From IMG/VR virus record IMGVR_UViG_3300006151_000005, positions 1 to 64,000 of that record: a DNA stretch of 64,000 nt. One strand, given 5' to 3'. The notes below the pieces were generated by a model. That model was not told where the DNA came from. It worked only from the letters and a program-made list of their open reading frames with translations, and did not search any database. The stretch comes from a virus (Duplodnaviria; Caudoviricetes). The position numbers and the translations under genes are program-made. Shown here piece after piece: positions 1 through 10,137 of this stretch. The stretch's first letter is position 1. Each line of letters opens with the position of its first letter.

Positions 1-128
1 CCGTCGGTAGTCCACCTTTTTGACCTTTGGGATGTCAAAGAGGGTATAGTATTCCCAACATACGAAATCGCATTGATGTACGGTATCGGCTTCGCGCTAA
101 ATCTACTGAAAGATAAAATAGAAACAAC

Positions 129-623
129 ATGACCCAAGAAGAAAAAGACAAAGCATATTTGAAGATGGCACAGCAATGGGCGACCAATTCCTATGCCATA
201 CGTCTGAATGTAGGATGTCTGATAGTCAAGAACGACCAGATTATTTCTGACGGTTTCAACGGAACTCCGTCCGGGATGCCTAATGTCTGCGAATATGCCT
301 ATGACGATATAACCGACACATCTATCAAAGTCACAACGATTGATGAACTGCATGACCAAGAGCTTGCCGGATTGCGGTTTATGACGCATCCCTACGTCTT
401 ACACGCGGAAAGCAACGCCCTTGCCAAATGCGCAAAGAATGGCGTACCTGTTGCCGGCGCAACCCTCTATGTCACGGATGAGCCCTGCATGGAATGTGCA
501 AAGCTGATAATCCAATGCGGCATCAAGCGTGTGGTCTATGCAAGAAGCTACCGCTTGCATCAAGGATTGGAACTACTGCGTCAGTGCAACATCGATGTCG
601 AACACATAGCGATGAACTATTGA
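129..623 (+). CDS. dCMP (deoxycytidylate) deaminase
   Basis: HAESNA and PCMECAK zinc-binding motifs; VGCLIVK...GFNGTP N-terminus. Confidence 0.92.
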   Translation: MTQEEKDKAYLKMAQQWATNSYAIRLNVGCLIVKNDQIISDGFNGTPSGMPNVCEYAYDDITDTSIKVTTIDELHDQELAGLRFMTHPYVLHAESNALAKCAKNGVPVAGATLYVTDEPCMECAKLIIQCGIKRVVYARSYRLHQGLELLRQCNIDVEHIAMNY

Positions 624-624
624 T

Positions 625-990
625 ATGCTGATTCAGACCCAACAATGGCATGACAAGACGCGCTACATCATCATCGACGAGTGCGCATCCGTTCACTTGG
701 AACTATTCGACACCACGCAAGATTTTGGCGGCACGGCCTTTATCTGGGCGTTATGGACTAACCCAGATTGTAGGCGCAAGGGTCATGCCGAAAGGATGCT
801 TGACCGTGCGGAACAGATAGCCGCAGAAAACGGCCACGATACCGTATATCTTGAATGGCTTGAGAAAGATACGCCGCGTGAAGTCTTGCAATGGTACTAC
901 CGACGCGGATACCAAGAGCAGGAATTTAGTGGAAAAGGCGATTACGTCTTATTGAAGAAATCGCTGACCGATAAAATTCAGCAGCCATGA
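625..990 (+). CDS. GNAT-family acetyltransferase
   Basis: Acetyl-CoA motif RRKGHA and C-terminal WYYRRGY. Confidence 0.8.
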   Translation: MLIQTQQWHDKTRYIIIDECASVHLELFDTTQDFGGTAFIWALWTNPDCRRKGHAERMLDRAEQIAAENGHDTVYLEWLEKDTPREVLQWYYRRGYQEQEFSGKGDYVLLKKSLTDKIQQP

Positions 991-1253
991 CAGACGAGCA
1001 GGCCGCAAATGTAGTAAAGGCTATCAATAATGCCCTTACGGAAAACAACGCCACGCTGGGCGATACGATATGGATTTTATCAAGTATGGCCGTGCGCTTC
1101 ATAGAAACTACCGCCGACAAGTCAGCCCACAACATCCTCAAGATGGAATTGGCGCAGGCGATAATGAAATCGACAACTATGACACCGCTGGGGCAAATTG
1201 TGGATTTACCGCCCTTGCCTCCAATGGAAATAAATATAAAACATGAAAAATAA
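987..1253 (+). CDS. hypothetical phage protein
   Basis: Start overlaps the upstream stop within a tightly packed + strand operon. Confidence 0.65.
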   Translation: MTDEQAANVVKAINNALTENNATLGDTIWILSSMAVRFIETTADKSAHNILKMELAQAIMKSTTMTPLGQIVDLPPLPPMEINIKHEK

Positions 1254-1464
1254 AAATCCTTTCAGAACAAGATACGCCGTGCAGACGGAGCAATTCTCCG
1301 GTCTTGGCGAAATCGTGACCCGGTGGGTTGTAGTCTATCGGAAGTGGTGGCAGAGGTCATGGTACTATGCCCAGTGGGATTATTCGCACGGCATAAAAAC
1401 ACCTTTGTTTCATAAGACAAAGGAAGATGCCGTCAAGAGTGTCTATCGGACAGCCTTAAACTGA
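1243..1464 (+). CDS. hypothetical phage protein
   Basis: Packed operon; A-rich leader. Confidence 0.6.
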   Translation: MKNKNPFRTRYAVQTEQFSGLGEIVTRWVVVYRKWWQRSWYYAQWDYSHGIKTPLFHKTKEDAVKSVYRTALN

Positions 1465-1470
1465 TATGCC

Positions 1471-1956
1471 ATGAAGACGGAAGCCAAAATAACCATCAAT
1501 GAAATCCGGGCGGCATTAAGCACGGATGTAGCTCTCGGCAAGATGTCGCAGAAAACAGCCGACCATGTAGCCAAACTATTAGGTCTTGATTGGAAAGAGA
1601 AGCAGCATAACGACCGCAAGGATATGGATTGCTTTCTTGATGACCTCCGGGAGCTTTTTGAAGCCTACGATGCCAAATTCCATATTCAAGGCCAATACGA
1701 CGGCAGTATCATTGTTGACAACTGGTCTTATAGTCTTGGATTCGGCAATCCGGTATATTTCGACCAAGATTATATCGCTCTATTGCCAAAGATGTGGAAG
1801 CGTCAGCAGATGGCTGGCAGACTACATTTCCCCAAGACCACAAAGATTGAAGAAATCAGACCAATATTCGATGCTGTAAGGCGTGTTGACCGCAAATCAT
1901 CGCTTTATGTCACCGACAAGAAATTTAACGAAATAATTAAGCCCTATAAGAAGTAA
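1471..1956 (+). CDS. hypothetical phage protein
   Basis: Packed operon. Confidence 0.65.
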   Translation: MKTEAKITINEIRAALSTDVALGKMSQKTADHVAKLLGLDWKEKQHNDRKDMDCFLDDLRELFEAYDAKFHIQGQYDGSIIVDNWSYSLGFGNPVYFDQDYIALLPKMWKRQQMAGRLHFPKTTKIEEIRPIFDAVRRVDRKSSLYVTDKKFNEIIKPYKK

Positions 1957-1958
1957 CT

Positions 1959-2318
1959 ATGACACTGCAAGAAGCAATAGACCACGCGCTTAAAAAGGCG
2001 AATCAGCTCGGAAACTGCGAGTGTGCCAATGAACACCTCCAGCTCGCCGAATGGCTGAAAGAACTGCAAAACATCAAGGCAGAAAAGGAAGCCGCATACT
2101 CGCCGTGGCGCGACCCTAAAAAGGAATTGCCAAAGGACGGCGAAATGGTTTTAATCCGCGAATATTTTCGCTCGGCACGTCATGGGCGATTTGTCAACCA
2201 TGTGCGCGAGTTCATGTATTTTGAGCAATACGGCTTCAAGCTGGAGGAAGACATTAACAAGCATCTGGGGTATCGAATAACACATTGGATGCCTATCCCG
2301 GATATTCCCAACAAATAA
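1959..2318 (+). CDS. DUF551-like phage protein
   Basis: W..PKKELPKDGE...ITHWMPIP signature. Confidence 0.7.
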   Translation: MTLQEAIDHALKKANQLGNCECANEHLQLAEWLKELQNIKAEKEAAYSPWRDPKKELPKDGEMVLIREYFRSARHGRFVNHVREFMYFEQYGFKLEEDINKHLGYRITHWMPIPDIPNK

Positions 2319-2337
2319 TCGATAATAAGCCAACGAT

Positions 2338-3141
2338 ATGAAAGAGAAACAATACATCACTTACGAACAAGCAACCGCCATAGCTCAAACCGGCTTATGG
2401 GATTGCGAAGATGCCGATGCAGTATATTTTGACTGCGAGGAACGTAACAAACACGCCGTACCGTCAACCATAGAAGAAATAGACAAGCTCTTTGAAGGCG
2501 ATAAGGTGGAAATAATTGTCTGCCCTCGCTTCACGCTTGCAGAGGCTATCGACTGGCTGCGCGATTACGCCGGCATCCACGTTCAGATAAACAACGTGAA
2601 ACGCAAACAGTGGTCATACGACCTTGTTGACATCAACAGATTGGAGAATGAAGACGGTACACCATACAACTTCGTACCGGAACGCGAAACCACACCCATC
2701 TTCAATACCTATGAAGAAGCCGTATCGGATGCCATCGACAAGGCGGTGGAAATCTACACGCCCACAGAAGAAGAGCTGAACATGGATGACAGTCAATTCC
2801 CTACGATGACAGAAGAAGAATACAACAAGCTCCGCGATGAAATCGAAAATTCGGACATGTATGACGGTCGCGGAAAATACGACGTGTACGAATGTGAGGG
2901 CTGCGACCATCATCTTATCACGACCTATGCAGTCAAAGGCGTAACCCCGTTTGTCGTCACTTGCCCCAAATGCGGAAAGGGAATGTTGCACGTCCGAACC
3001 CTCAAAGCCGCATCCGCTGGCGAGAATGTCATCAAGTGGATACGCCCTACCTATGAGCAGTATTGCAAGCTGTCATACGGCTATCGTGACCATATCGGCA
3101 ATGGCGGTCTAATCTTGGAAACAGTCATCAAAAACGACTAA
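2338..3141 (+). CDS. hypothetical protein with C-terminal zinc ribbon
   Basis: CEGC...CPKC motif; packed operon. Confidence 0.7.
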   Translation: MKEKQYITYEQATAIAQTGLWDCEDADAVYFDCEERNKHAVPSTIEEIDKLFEGDKVEIIVCPRFTLAEAIDWLRDYAGIHVQINNVKRKQWSYDLVDINRLENEDGTPYNFVPERETTPIFNTYEEAVSDAIDKAVEIYTPTEEELNMDDSQFPTMTEEEYNKLRDEIENSDMYDGRGKYDVYECEGCDHHLITTYAVKGVTPFVVTCPKCGKGMLHVRTLKAASAGENVIKWIRPTYEQYCKLSYGYRDHIGNGGLILETVIKND

Positions 3142-3144
3142 ATC

Positions 3145-3381
3145 ATGGATAAGAAAACAGCAGAAAAGGCAAGCAAGCTCCTTAAAACACTGGAGCGTCT
3201 TGAAGAAATCCGGCAAGCCACGGAAGAAAGTAAATCGCATTGGTGGTCATTTCTTACGCCAGACGTAAAACGGCTCACTGATAACGATGGGTTGATGATG
3301 CCAGAAATCCTGCGCAACGAGTTTAAGGAAGCCGTGGAAAGGGCTATCGAAAAGACTAAAGTCAAACTTGACAAGCTCTGA
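3145..3381 (+). CDS. hypothetical phage protein
   Basis: Packed operon. Confidence 0.65.
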   Translation: MDKKTAEKASKLLKTLERLEEIRQATEESKSHWWSFLTPDVKRLTDNDGLMMPEILRNEFKEAVERAIEKTKVKLDKL

Positions 3382-3384
3382 ACC

Positions 3385-3753
3385 ATGACGAATCTATCCA
3401 TGCGATTGCAGGCTGCGATGGCGCAAGACGAGAAACTATGGAAGCAGATTAGGCTTCTGCAAGCCACAGAAGAATTTGAGGCTGCGCTACGACGCTACGC
3501 TTCATTGATGGATGAAATCAACGGCAGAGAGGATGGCGAAACCTTGAAGCTGATTGTGAAAGTCCTGAAAGAGGATGTGGGGCTTCCTATTCACAACATC
3601 CCGTCGGAATTTCATACAGAGGAGCTACAAAATGCGTTGGCGCAGTTGCAAGAAGCCATTCAGCAAAGGTTTGAAATCCACGAAGACGAGATTGTATTCC
3701 TTCAGAAGCAAGTCGAAACTTTCAAAAAGGCAATCAGAAAACAGAACAAGTAA
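3385..3753 (+). CDS. hypothetical coiled-coil protein
   Basis: Packed operon. Confidence 0.65.
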   Translation: MTNLSMRLQAAMAQDEKLWKQIRLLQATEEFEAALRRYASLMDEINGREDGETLKLIVKVLKEDVGLPIHNIPSEFHTEELQNALAQLQEAIQQRFEIHEDEIVFLQKQVETFKKAIRKQNK

Positions 3754-3853
3754 AACTACCACATATTAAAAACCATAGGCAGACCAATCCCCGGCCATCA
3801 GCATCAGTCGGCATGGAATAGAACAAGGTCTAACCCCAAATTAAGATAAAGAT

Positions 3854-5101
3854 ATGTTGGAACTACGAGAATACCAAGACGAAATATCATCAAAGGCGGC
3901 GCAGTTGCTTGAGCAGTACAAGATGTGCTACCTCGCAATGGAATGTCGCACCGGCAAGACGCTGACCGCACTGGCTACGGCGTTGAAATATGGCGCAAAG
4001 TCAGTCCTTGTAATTTCCAAGGTCAAGGCATTGCCAAGCATCCGCGCAGACTACGATTTAATGCGCCCTACGTTCACGATGGATGCGGTCAACTATGAAT
4101 CCGCACACAAGTATGCCGGGAACAAATATGACCTTGTAATCCTTGATGAAGCCCACAATCTCGGCGCATTTCCCAAGCCAAGCCAACGCACGAAGACTGT
4201 TAAGGCACTCTGCAAGGGCCTGCCCATAATCTACATGTCGGGTACGCCATCGCCGGAATCATTCTCGCAGTTATATCATCAGTTCTGGGTAAGCTCATTC
4301 TCGCCGTTCAAACTGTTCACGAATTTCTATAAGTGGGCAAAGGTCTATGTGGAAACAACGCAGAAGATGGTAGGCGGTCACACTATCAACGATTATAGCA
4401 ACGCCCGCAAGGATAAGATTGATGCGGTTGTAAAGAAACTGTTCATCGACTATTCGCAGGAAGAAGCCGGGTTTGACGCGAAGATAGTGGAGCATACGTT
4501 GGTCGTATCTATGTCGGAATGGACGGCAAGCGCAATCAATAGACTCAAGCGCGACCGCGTTCTCGTTTGGGATGATGTCAATATTCTTGGCGACACCCCC
4601 GTGAAGCTGATGACAAAACTACACCAGCTTTCATCCGGCAGCGTTATCGACGAAAGCGGAACACATATCATTACTGACTATTCAAAGGCGAAATACATCC
4701 GCGACTACTTCGCCGGTAAGAAAATTGCCATCTTCTATGTCTATCAGACCGAAGCAGAATTGCTGAAAAAAGCATTTCCTAATTGGACTGACACTGCGGA
4801 AGTATTTCAGCAGAGCGATGACCTCGGCATGGTCTTTCTGGGACAAGTCCGCAGCGCAAGAGAGGGTGTTCGCCTTGACACCGCCGATGCGCTTATCTTC
4901 TTCAATCTTGAATATTCCTATCTATCGTATGAACAGGGCAAGAACCGACTTTCATCCAAAGAGCGCATTGACCCGGCACAGGTCTATTTCGTATGTTCGG
5001 ACTGCGGAATAGAGCAGGATATTCTTGAGGCCGTTCATGGCAAGTCAGACTACACGTATTCATTTTATAAAGCAAAACAACATGGAATCCTCTCTTTCTA
5101 A
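3854..5101 (+). CDS. SF2 (SNF2/DEAH-like) helicase
   Basis: LREYQ Q-motif, CRTGKT Walker A variant, LDEAH, SGTP motif III. Confidence 0.85.
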   Translation: MLELREYQDEISSKAAQLLEQYKMCYLAMECRTGKTLTALATALKYGAKSVLVISKVKALPSIRADYDLMRPTFTMDAVNYESAHKYAGNKYDLVILDEAHNLGAFPKPSQRTKTVKALCKGLPIIYMSGTPSPESFSQLYHQFWVSSFSPFKLFTNFYKWAKVYVETTQKMVGGHTINDYSNARKDKIDAVVKKLFIDYSQEEAGFDAKIVEHTLVVSMSEWTASAINRLKRDRVLVWDDVNILGDTPVKLMTKLHQLSSGSVIDESGTHIITDYSKAKYIRDYFAGKKIAIFYVYQTEAELLKKAFPNWTDTAEVFQQSDDLGMVFLGQVRSAREGVRLDTADALIFFNLEYSYLSYEQGKNRLSSKERIDPAQVYFVCSDCGIEQDILEAVHGKSDYTYSFYKAKQHGILSF

Positions 5102-5369
5102 CACCAAAGAATACCGCGAACAGATGGGGCGCGTATTCCGATGCTTCTACGAGCATCCAAAGACGATGCTGGACGTGTCGATTGAAACCGGCATACTACG
5201 CGCTAACATCTGCCGCTATGTGTCGCACATGGAGGATGACGGAAGAATCCAAATCCACCACAAGGGCATCGACAAGACAACCAAATGCCGGGCGGCTTAC
5301 TATACGACAAATCCGGAACTGTTCAATCAGCCGCCTGTTCAGCAGATGGCATTGGATTTTGGCATGTAA
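5082..5369 (+). CDS. putative HTH DNA-binding protein
   Basis: TMLDVSIETGILRANICRYV helix-turn-helix-like segment; ATG at 5082 chosen as start. Confidence 0.65.
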   Translation: MESSLSNTKEYREQMGRVFRCFYEHPKTMLDVSIETGILRANICRYVSHMEDDGRIQIHHKGIDKTTKCRAAYYTTNPELFNQPPVQQMALDFGM

Positions 5370-5374
5370 TCATC

Positions 5375-5635
5375 ATGTTTCAGAAGAAGAAAACAGACCC
5401 GCTGGAAAGCGCGATACAGCGCAAAATTATAAAGCGTTATGAAGACGATGGCTATCTTGTAGTCAAGATTGGACTATGCAACAAAGGAGGCTTCCCGGAC
5501 TTGATGTTACTCAAGGATGGAAAGGCTTCATTCGTTGAAGTCAAACGACCCGGACAAAAGCCACGACCACTACAAGAATACAGGCTCAAGGAGCTGCGCG
5601 ATGCCGGCTTCGACGCTTTTGTACTGACGGAATAG
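5375..5635 (+). CDS. VRR-NUC (PD-(D/E)XK) nuclease
   Basis: ESAIQ...GFPDL...FVEVKRPGQKPRPLQ signature. Confidence 0.88.
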   Translation: MFQKKKTDPLESAIQRKIIKRYEDDGYLVVKIGLCNKGGFPDLMLLKDGKASFVEVKRPGQKPRPLQEYRLKELRDAGFDAFVLTE

Positions 5636-5763
5636 ACATACTCTTTTCATAAATTGATGGATGGCTGTCATCGTGAGATGGTGGCCTATCCGTTTACAAA
5701 AGAAATGCGCCACGGTGGAATAGACCACTATGGCGCAATCTTTATCGCTATTGGTAGCGATTA

Positions 5764-6017
5764 TTATCTACAAGATATGAAATCGTCAGGCGCGATAAAT
5801 CCTTTTGCTTCCATGATTCCAATAGCTACTTCGGCATCTATTTCCGAGCAATCATACGCTATACTGATACAACCCTCGGATACATAGCCAATAGTCGGCA
5901 AGAACTCACCAAACCCCTAAAGACAATATGCGAGGCAAACACCTGCAACGCGCTGTCGGCCTTTACCCATTGTCGGATGGCTTTATCATAAGCCTTACGC
6001 ATTTCCTTGTCTTTCAT
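5764..6017 (-). pseudogene. frameshifted small ORF at the end of the XRE-HNH-ASCH operon
   Basis: ATG at 6017 directly follows the ASCH stop. Adding one base near 5911-5917 gives a continuous ~84-aa ORF ending at TAA 5764. Confidence 0.5.
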
Positions 6018-6023
6018 AACCTA

Positions 6024-6776
6024 TTATTCAATTCTGATATAGACGCGATACCAGCTATATTCGCGGTCAAAGGCATCCGTGAACGTAATCGGGTCTTCTG
6101 AGTCGGCTTCACATACCGGCTCAATGGTGTACTGGGCAACATTGGCTTCAAGGGATTTATCGCCGCACACAAACGTTACTGTTTCCGTCTTCTTTGGTTT
6201 AAGTGCCTTCGTACCGAAAAGCGCAAGGTTATCATTGGTCAGATTAAAGAAAACCGAGTCAGCTTCGCCATCCTGCAACTGATTGATGAAATCGCTGCAT
6301 AAGGGGATTGTCATGTGTGTTCCGTCACGTGTGATAGGCGGCACGTCCACACATTCAGGCAGATTGTCTTCCGTAATGTCCGGCAAGTCAAAGATGCCCA
6401 GTTTGCCCTTGACATTAAGAATAGGCTCTTTGAATAGCTTCACATCGCGCATGACCCATTTATATTCCGCGCCGTGGCCCTCTTGCGCCCAGATTGAGAA
6501 ATTCTCTTCTTCGCACCGGTCTATGGTCGCCACGCCTATGATGGCAGACGTTGGCATATCTGCGATTGCCGGGATTATTCCCATATTCTGCGCGTTTTCT
6601 ATTGGGTTCGCCCATACCAGCGGCATGGTGTTTTCGTCGATGTTGTGCTTCCGTGCGCCAACATGAATAAGAACGCGCATAGGTGTTGACTTCAACGCCC
6701 ATTTGCGGTTTTCCACATCCTTGAGTCCACTGCATATCAGCGTACCCCACGGCTGTTGAATTGAAAAGGCTTTCAT
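6024..6776 (-). CDS. ASCH-domain protein
   Basis: SIQQPWGTLICSGLKDVENRKW...LIH ASCH signature. Confidence 0.88.
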   Translation of the reverse strand: MKAFSIQQPWGTLICSGLKDVENRKWALKSTPMRVLIHVGARKHNIDENTMPLVWANPIENAQNMGIIPAIADMPTSAIIGVATIDRCEEENFSIWAQEGHGAEYKWVMRDVKLFKEPILNVKGKLGIFDLPDITEDNLPECVDVPPITRDGTHMTIPLCSDFINQLQDGEADSVFFNLTNDNLALFGTKALKPKKTETVTFVCGDKSLEANVAQYTIEPVCEADSEDPITFTDAFDREYSWYRVYIRIE

Positions 6777-7561
6777 TGTTCCGTATCTATTATTTTTATT
6801 ATTGATTTGAGTTCATCTATTGTCTTCGCTTTGTATTTCGTGCCTTTATACAAAATAACCGCCCGGAGTTGACTCTTAGGTGTACTTAATGGCGATATTT
6901 CTTGCTTGTGTGATAGCATCCAATTCAAACGGCTTATTGTCCTTTCTTTTAACAATGAGCCGTATTCATCAAGAAGAGCAATCAGTGTATCTCGTCTATT
7001 TTTAGACATGCCTATCACCTTCCCATTTTGAAACCCAAGACCATGAAGACAAGAATTTATTGCGCGAGGCAAGATGCAACATGTTTCCGGCGAATAAATC
7101 TTGCGATTATTACCGAATAAGTCTTTATCCACGCAAACATCAAAAGGAGATATGAATAATGAATCCATTAACAATCTCTTTTCCTCATTATACCATCTTT
7201 CAAAATTGTTAAAACAGTGCCATTCCGCACATACCGTAGCATCATTATAACATCGGGGTCTGCCCGGGCTATAACATCTTCCAAGTATTCCGCGCCATTG
7301 CTTAAACGCAGGGGTATCTTTGTTTACTGGATGAGAGATGGTTCCAATAGCATATCCAACTCCGCAGAATTGTTCTATTGCATAGTCTTTTATGTGTGCA
7401 TTTTTGCCGATTGCCTTGCAAGAATATTTTTGAACGTTTCCACTTTCCTTAAAGCGCACAAGACATTCCCCGTTGCCGATAATTTTCACAACCTCGTATG
7501 ATAATCCATAAAAAGATGTGTATTCGTCACCAACGCAAACTGGGTCATTGTGAGCTTTCAT
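6773..7561 (-). CDS. HNH-like (homing-type) endonuclease
   Basis: WRGILGRCY...VCAEWHCFNNFERW...DKDL...YSPETCCILPRAIN pattern; AT-rich relative to neighbours. Confidence 0.7.
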   Translation of the reverse strand: MKAHNDPVCVGDEYTSFYGLSYEVVKIIGNGECLVRFKESGNVQKYSCKAIGKNAHIKDYAIEQFCGVGYAIGTISHPVNKDTPAFKQWRGILGRCYSPGRPRCYNDATVCAEWHCFNNFERWYNEEKRLLMDSLFISPFDVCVDKDLFGNNRKIYSPETCCILPRAINSCLHGLGFQNGKVIGMSKNRRDTLIALLDEYGSLLKERTISRLNWMLSHKQEISPLSTPKSQLRAVILYKGTKYKAKTIDELKSIIKIIDTEQ

Positions 7562-7573
7562 TACTTATTGATT

Positions 7574-7993
7574 TTAATGGTCTAAATCCTTACATTCATG
7601 CAAAAGTGCGCACAGAGAATCCATCAGCTTTTGAATAACCTCATCATCTGCGTATAGCTCCCTCATGTGTTCAAAATCATGGGTATGACACAACTTGTGA
7701 AACTCTTCCTCACGCCAGTCTTTTAGAATTGCCATAATTTCTGCTATCGTAGTTGGGGTGTGGCTTCTTCCGCGATAGTGCAAAAAAGCAACCATTTTAT
7801 TGGCATTGATTTCGTCGGTGAATAATTCCGCAACAGACACATCAAGCGCATCAGCGATTTTCATCAATGATTGCAGGCTGGGGTTTCCTTTGCCGTTTGC
7901 TATGTTAGAGAGCATCGCCTCCGTCACACCGGCGGTGGCTGCGACGTCCTTTGCGGTTAGTCCTCTACTTTTTAGAATATCCTTAATTCTCAT
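7574..7993 (-). CDS. XRE-family HTH regulator
   Basis: RIKDILKSRGLTAKDVA...GKGNPSLQSLMKIADALDVSVAELF. Confidence 0.9.
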   Translation of the reverse strand: MRIKDILKSRGLTAKDVAATAGVTEAMLSNIANGKGNPSLQSLMKIADALDVSVAELFTDEINANKMVAFLHYRGRSHTPTTIAEIMAILKDWREEEFHKLCHTHDFEHMRELYADDEVIQKLMDSLCALLHECKDLDH

Positions 7994-8016
7994 AAAAGAT
8001 AATTTGTTTGGGTACG

Positions 8017-8127
8017 CAAAATTACGATAAAAAATAATACTATCAAAGAAAATTAGCCCATAAAGTAAGATTTAACATACTTTAACTGTTAGCCTATTGC
8101 ACGACATTATTTTATAATGTAATTTTG
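8017..8127. promoter_or_regulatory. divergent Bacteroidota-type promoters
   Basis: Minus strand TAATTTTG (8024-8017) with TTTG (8047-8044); plus strand TAATTTTG at 8120-8127. Confidence 0.65.
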
Positions 8128-8184
8128 CGGTGTGAAATTATCACAAACAATAATTCAACGTAATCAACCCCTAAAGGCAAAGAT

Positions 8185-8517
8185 ATGAAGACTACAAGAA
8201 ACAACCTCAAAGACATCATGCTTCTGGCGTGGTCGTTTGTTCGTCGCAACGGCTTCACTATGGCAGAGGCTATGAAGACCGCATGGCGCAACTACAAGCT
8301 GAAAAACGCTATGTATGGCCGCATCGTGAAATTCTACTTTGTTAAGGTCGATGGGTCGCTGCGCGAGGCTTACGGCACATTAAAAGAGAATCTGCTGCCG
8401 GCAACGCAAGGCACTGGCAGACGTGCCAACGACACAGTGCAAACGTACTTCGACACCGAAAAAGGAGAATGGAGATGCTTTAAGAAAGCAAACCTCGTGC
8501 GCATCGCTAACGCATAA
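8185..8517 (+). CDS. SH3-like beta-barrel (DUF2693/WYL_2-like) protein
   Basis: VKFYFVKVDGSLREAYGTL...YFDTEKGEWRCFKKANL. Confidence 0.8.
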   Translation: MKTTRNNLKDIMLLAWSFVRRNGFTMAEAMKTAWRNYKLKNAMYGRIVKFYFVKVDGSLREAYGTLKENLLPATQGTGRRANDTVQTYFDTEKGEWRCFKKANLVRIANA

Positions 8518-8596
8518 GACATCAAACCGGGGATGCTGTCAGCCACGGCATCCCCAGCCCCAAACATCAAACGTAATCAATAACACCAATAAGACA

Positions 8597-8836
8597 ATGA
8601 AAATAATCGCTAACATCTTCTATGTAGGCCAAATCGTATTCTCAGCCGCCCTCGCTTTATGGGCGTTATACATGGCACTACGCGGCCTCTTTACCGGCGG
8701 GCCACTGTTCGTAACTATCTGCTTCGCCGTAATGACATGCACAACCTATTGCCTCATGTACGTGCCAAGTGTGCGCGAATACAAGGAGCATAAGGCAAGC
8801 CACAACAAAAAGACACAGACAGAGCAAAATGACTGA
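8597..8836 (+). CDS. small membrane protein
   Basis: Two hydrophobic segments; ATG 8597 follows the conserved GTAATCAATAAC leader. Confidence 0.65.
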   Translation: MKIIANIFYVGQIVFSAALALWALYMALRGLFTGGPLFVTICFAVMTCTTYCLMYVPSVREYKEHKASHNKKTQTEQND

Positions 8837-9257
8837 ACCGCAGACCGACATACAGCAAGACGTTGACCGCGTGGAAATCAGCGACACCCTTATTGACTTG
8901 ATTGTCGATAAGATGGTCGATGAAATGAATAAGCGGATAGCCAATATTCAGCCAAGCGATGACCCCTCGGCTGAATACGGCGAATACTGGACAAGCGGAA
9001 GCTATGATAGCGATGACTATTTAGAACTGGACGAGCCGAATGATGAATACGGCATATCATACAAGTTTGAGCTATCGTGGGAATACCGCGAGTGGACTGA
9101 ATATTGGACTGACCCGGTATGCTACCCATCGTTTGACGAAATGCGGAATGAAACCGGCTACGTCTATGACATAGAAATCGACACCCCGGATGGCGATGCA
9201 GTCAAGCAAAGCATCTGCGACGCTATCGCAAAGAAAGTAAACGAAATAATCAAGTAA
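8829..9257 (+). CDS. acidic hypothetical protein
   Basis: Start overlaps the previous ORF end; very D/E-rich. Confidence 0.65.
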   Translation: MTEPQTDIQQDVDRVEISDTLIDLIVDKMVDEMNKRIANIQPSDDPSAEYGEYWTSGSYDSDDYLELDEPNDEYGISYKFELSWEYREWTEYWTDPVCYPSFDEMRNETGYVYDIEIDTPDGDAVKQSICDAIAKKVNEIIK

Positions 9258-9259
9258 AC

Positions 9260-9673
9260 ATGAGCTTATACAACCTTATAAATGGCGTTAATCCCGCCAC
9301 GTTTTTCATCTTGCCAATGCTCGGCAAGCACCCGGATGAATATCCCAGATTCAGGGATTGCTTCGTAGGGGAAGAAGATACCATCGTCGTACTTACCCGC
9401 GTAGGCGGCGCAAACCGCAACACAGGCTATGGCGAAGACAAGATAATGGGACACCCCAATTTCATCAAGACTTACGATGATGATTTTGATAACACCTACG
9501 GCTATTACGTCTATTCAGTGCCTGACCGCTGGCGCGAAGACTACAACAAAATCATCAATGGCAAAACGCTATTCGTATCGGAAGAATACTTTAACGAGAT
9601 GCTGCGCGTATGGCCTAACCTTGAAGACAAACTGCGGAACATGTTTCATCGCCCCAAAACCGAAGAGAAATGA
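9260..9673 (+). CDS. hypothetical phage protein
   Basis: PRFRDC...TRVGGANR...DDDFDNTY; packed operon. Confidence 0.7.
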   Translation: MSLYNLINGVNPATFFILPMLGKHPDEYPRFRDCFVGEEDTIVVLTRVGGANRNTGYGEDKIMGHPNFIKTYDDDFDNTYGYYVYSVPDRWREDYNKIINGKTLFVSEEYFNEMLRVWPNLEDKLRNMFHRPKTEEK

Positions 9674-10137
9674 CGAAGCGTAAATCATCTGCGGAAGCTG
9701 CTGCGGATTATGCCGCAAAGGACTACTATATCGCACAGCGTACCGACCTACTGAAATCCGCGTTTAACGCCGGCGCATCGTGGCTATTCAATAATCAATG
9801 GCACGACGTGTACGAAGAAGCACCGCCCAAATCCGGGCAATATCTCGTCACCTACCTTATGGATAAGGGCGAGAATGAACCGCCGGAAAAGCGATACGTT
9901 CAAGTGTTCGACATCCTTGTGTATTTCAAGGATAATGAAGACGAGGGCTTATTGCCGTGGGGATTAGAAGATGAATTTGAATACCTCGCAAACGCCATAA
10001 CACATTGGGCGTTCATCCCCAAAACGCCACCTATAACAACGCTGGAGGATGGGCTTTATTTAGGCGAAGCAAAGCCTTACAATCCCGAAATGCACCGGCG
10101 TGATTACAATAACCTACCAGAAGAATATCAGAAATGA
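9670..10137 (+). CDS. DUF551-like protein
   Basis: FNAGASW...WHDVYEEAPP...ITHWAFIP. Confidence 0.6.
   Translation: MTKRKSSAEAAADYAAKDYYIAQRTDLLKSAFNAGASWLFNNQWHDVYEEAPPKSGQYLVTYLMDKGENEPPEKRYVQVFDILVYFKDNEDEGLLPWGLEDEFEYLANAITHWAFIPKTPPITTLEDGLYLGEAKPYNPEMHRRDYNNLPEEYQK

Noticed and set aside
5654-5887. 77-aa plus-strand ORF
   Set aside because: Spans hairpins and is antisense to a more plausible frameshifted minus-strand gene
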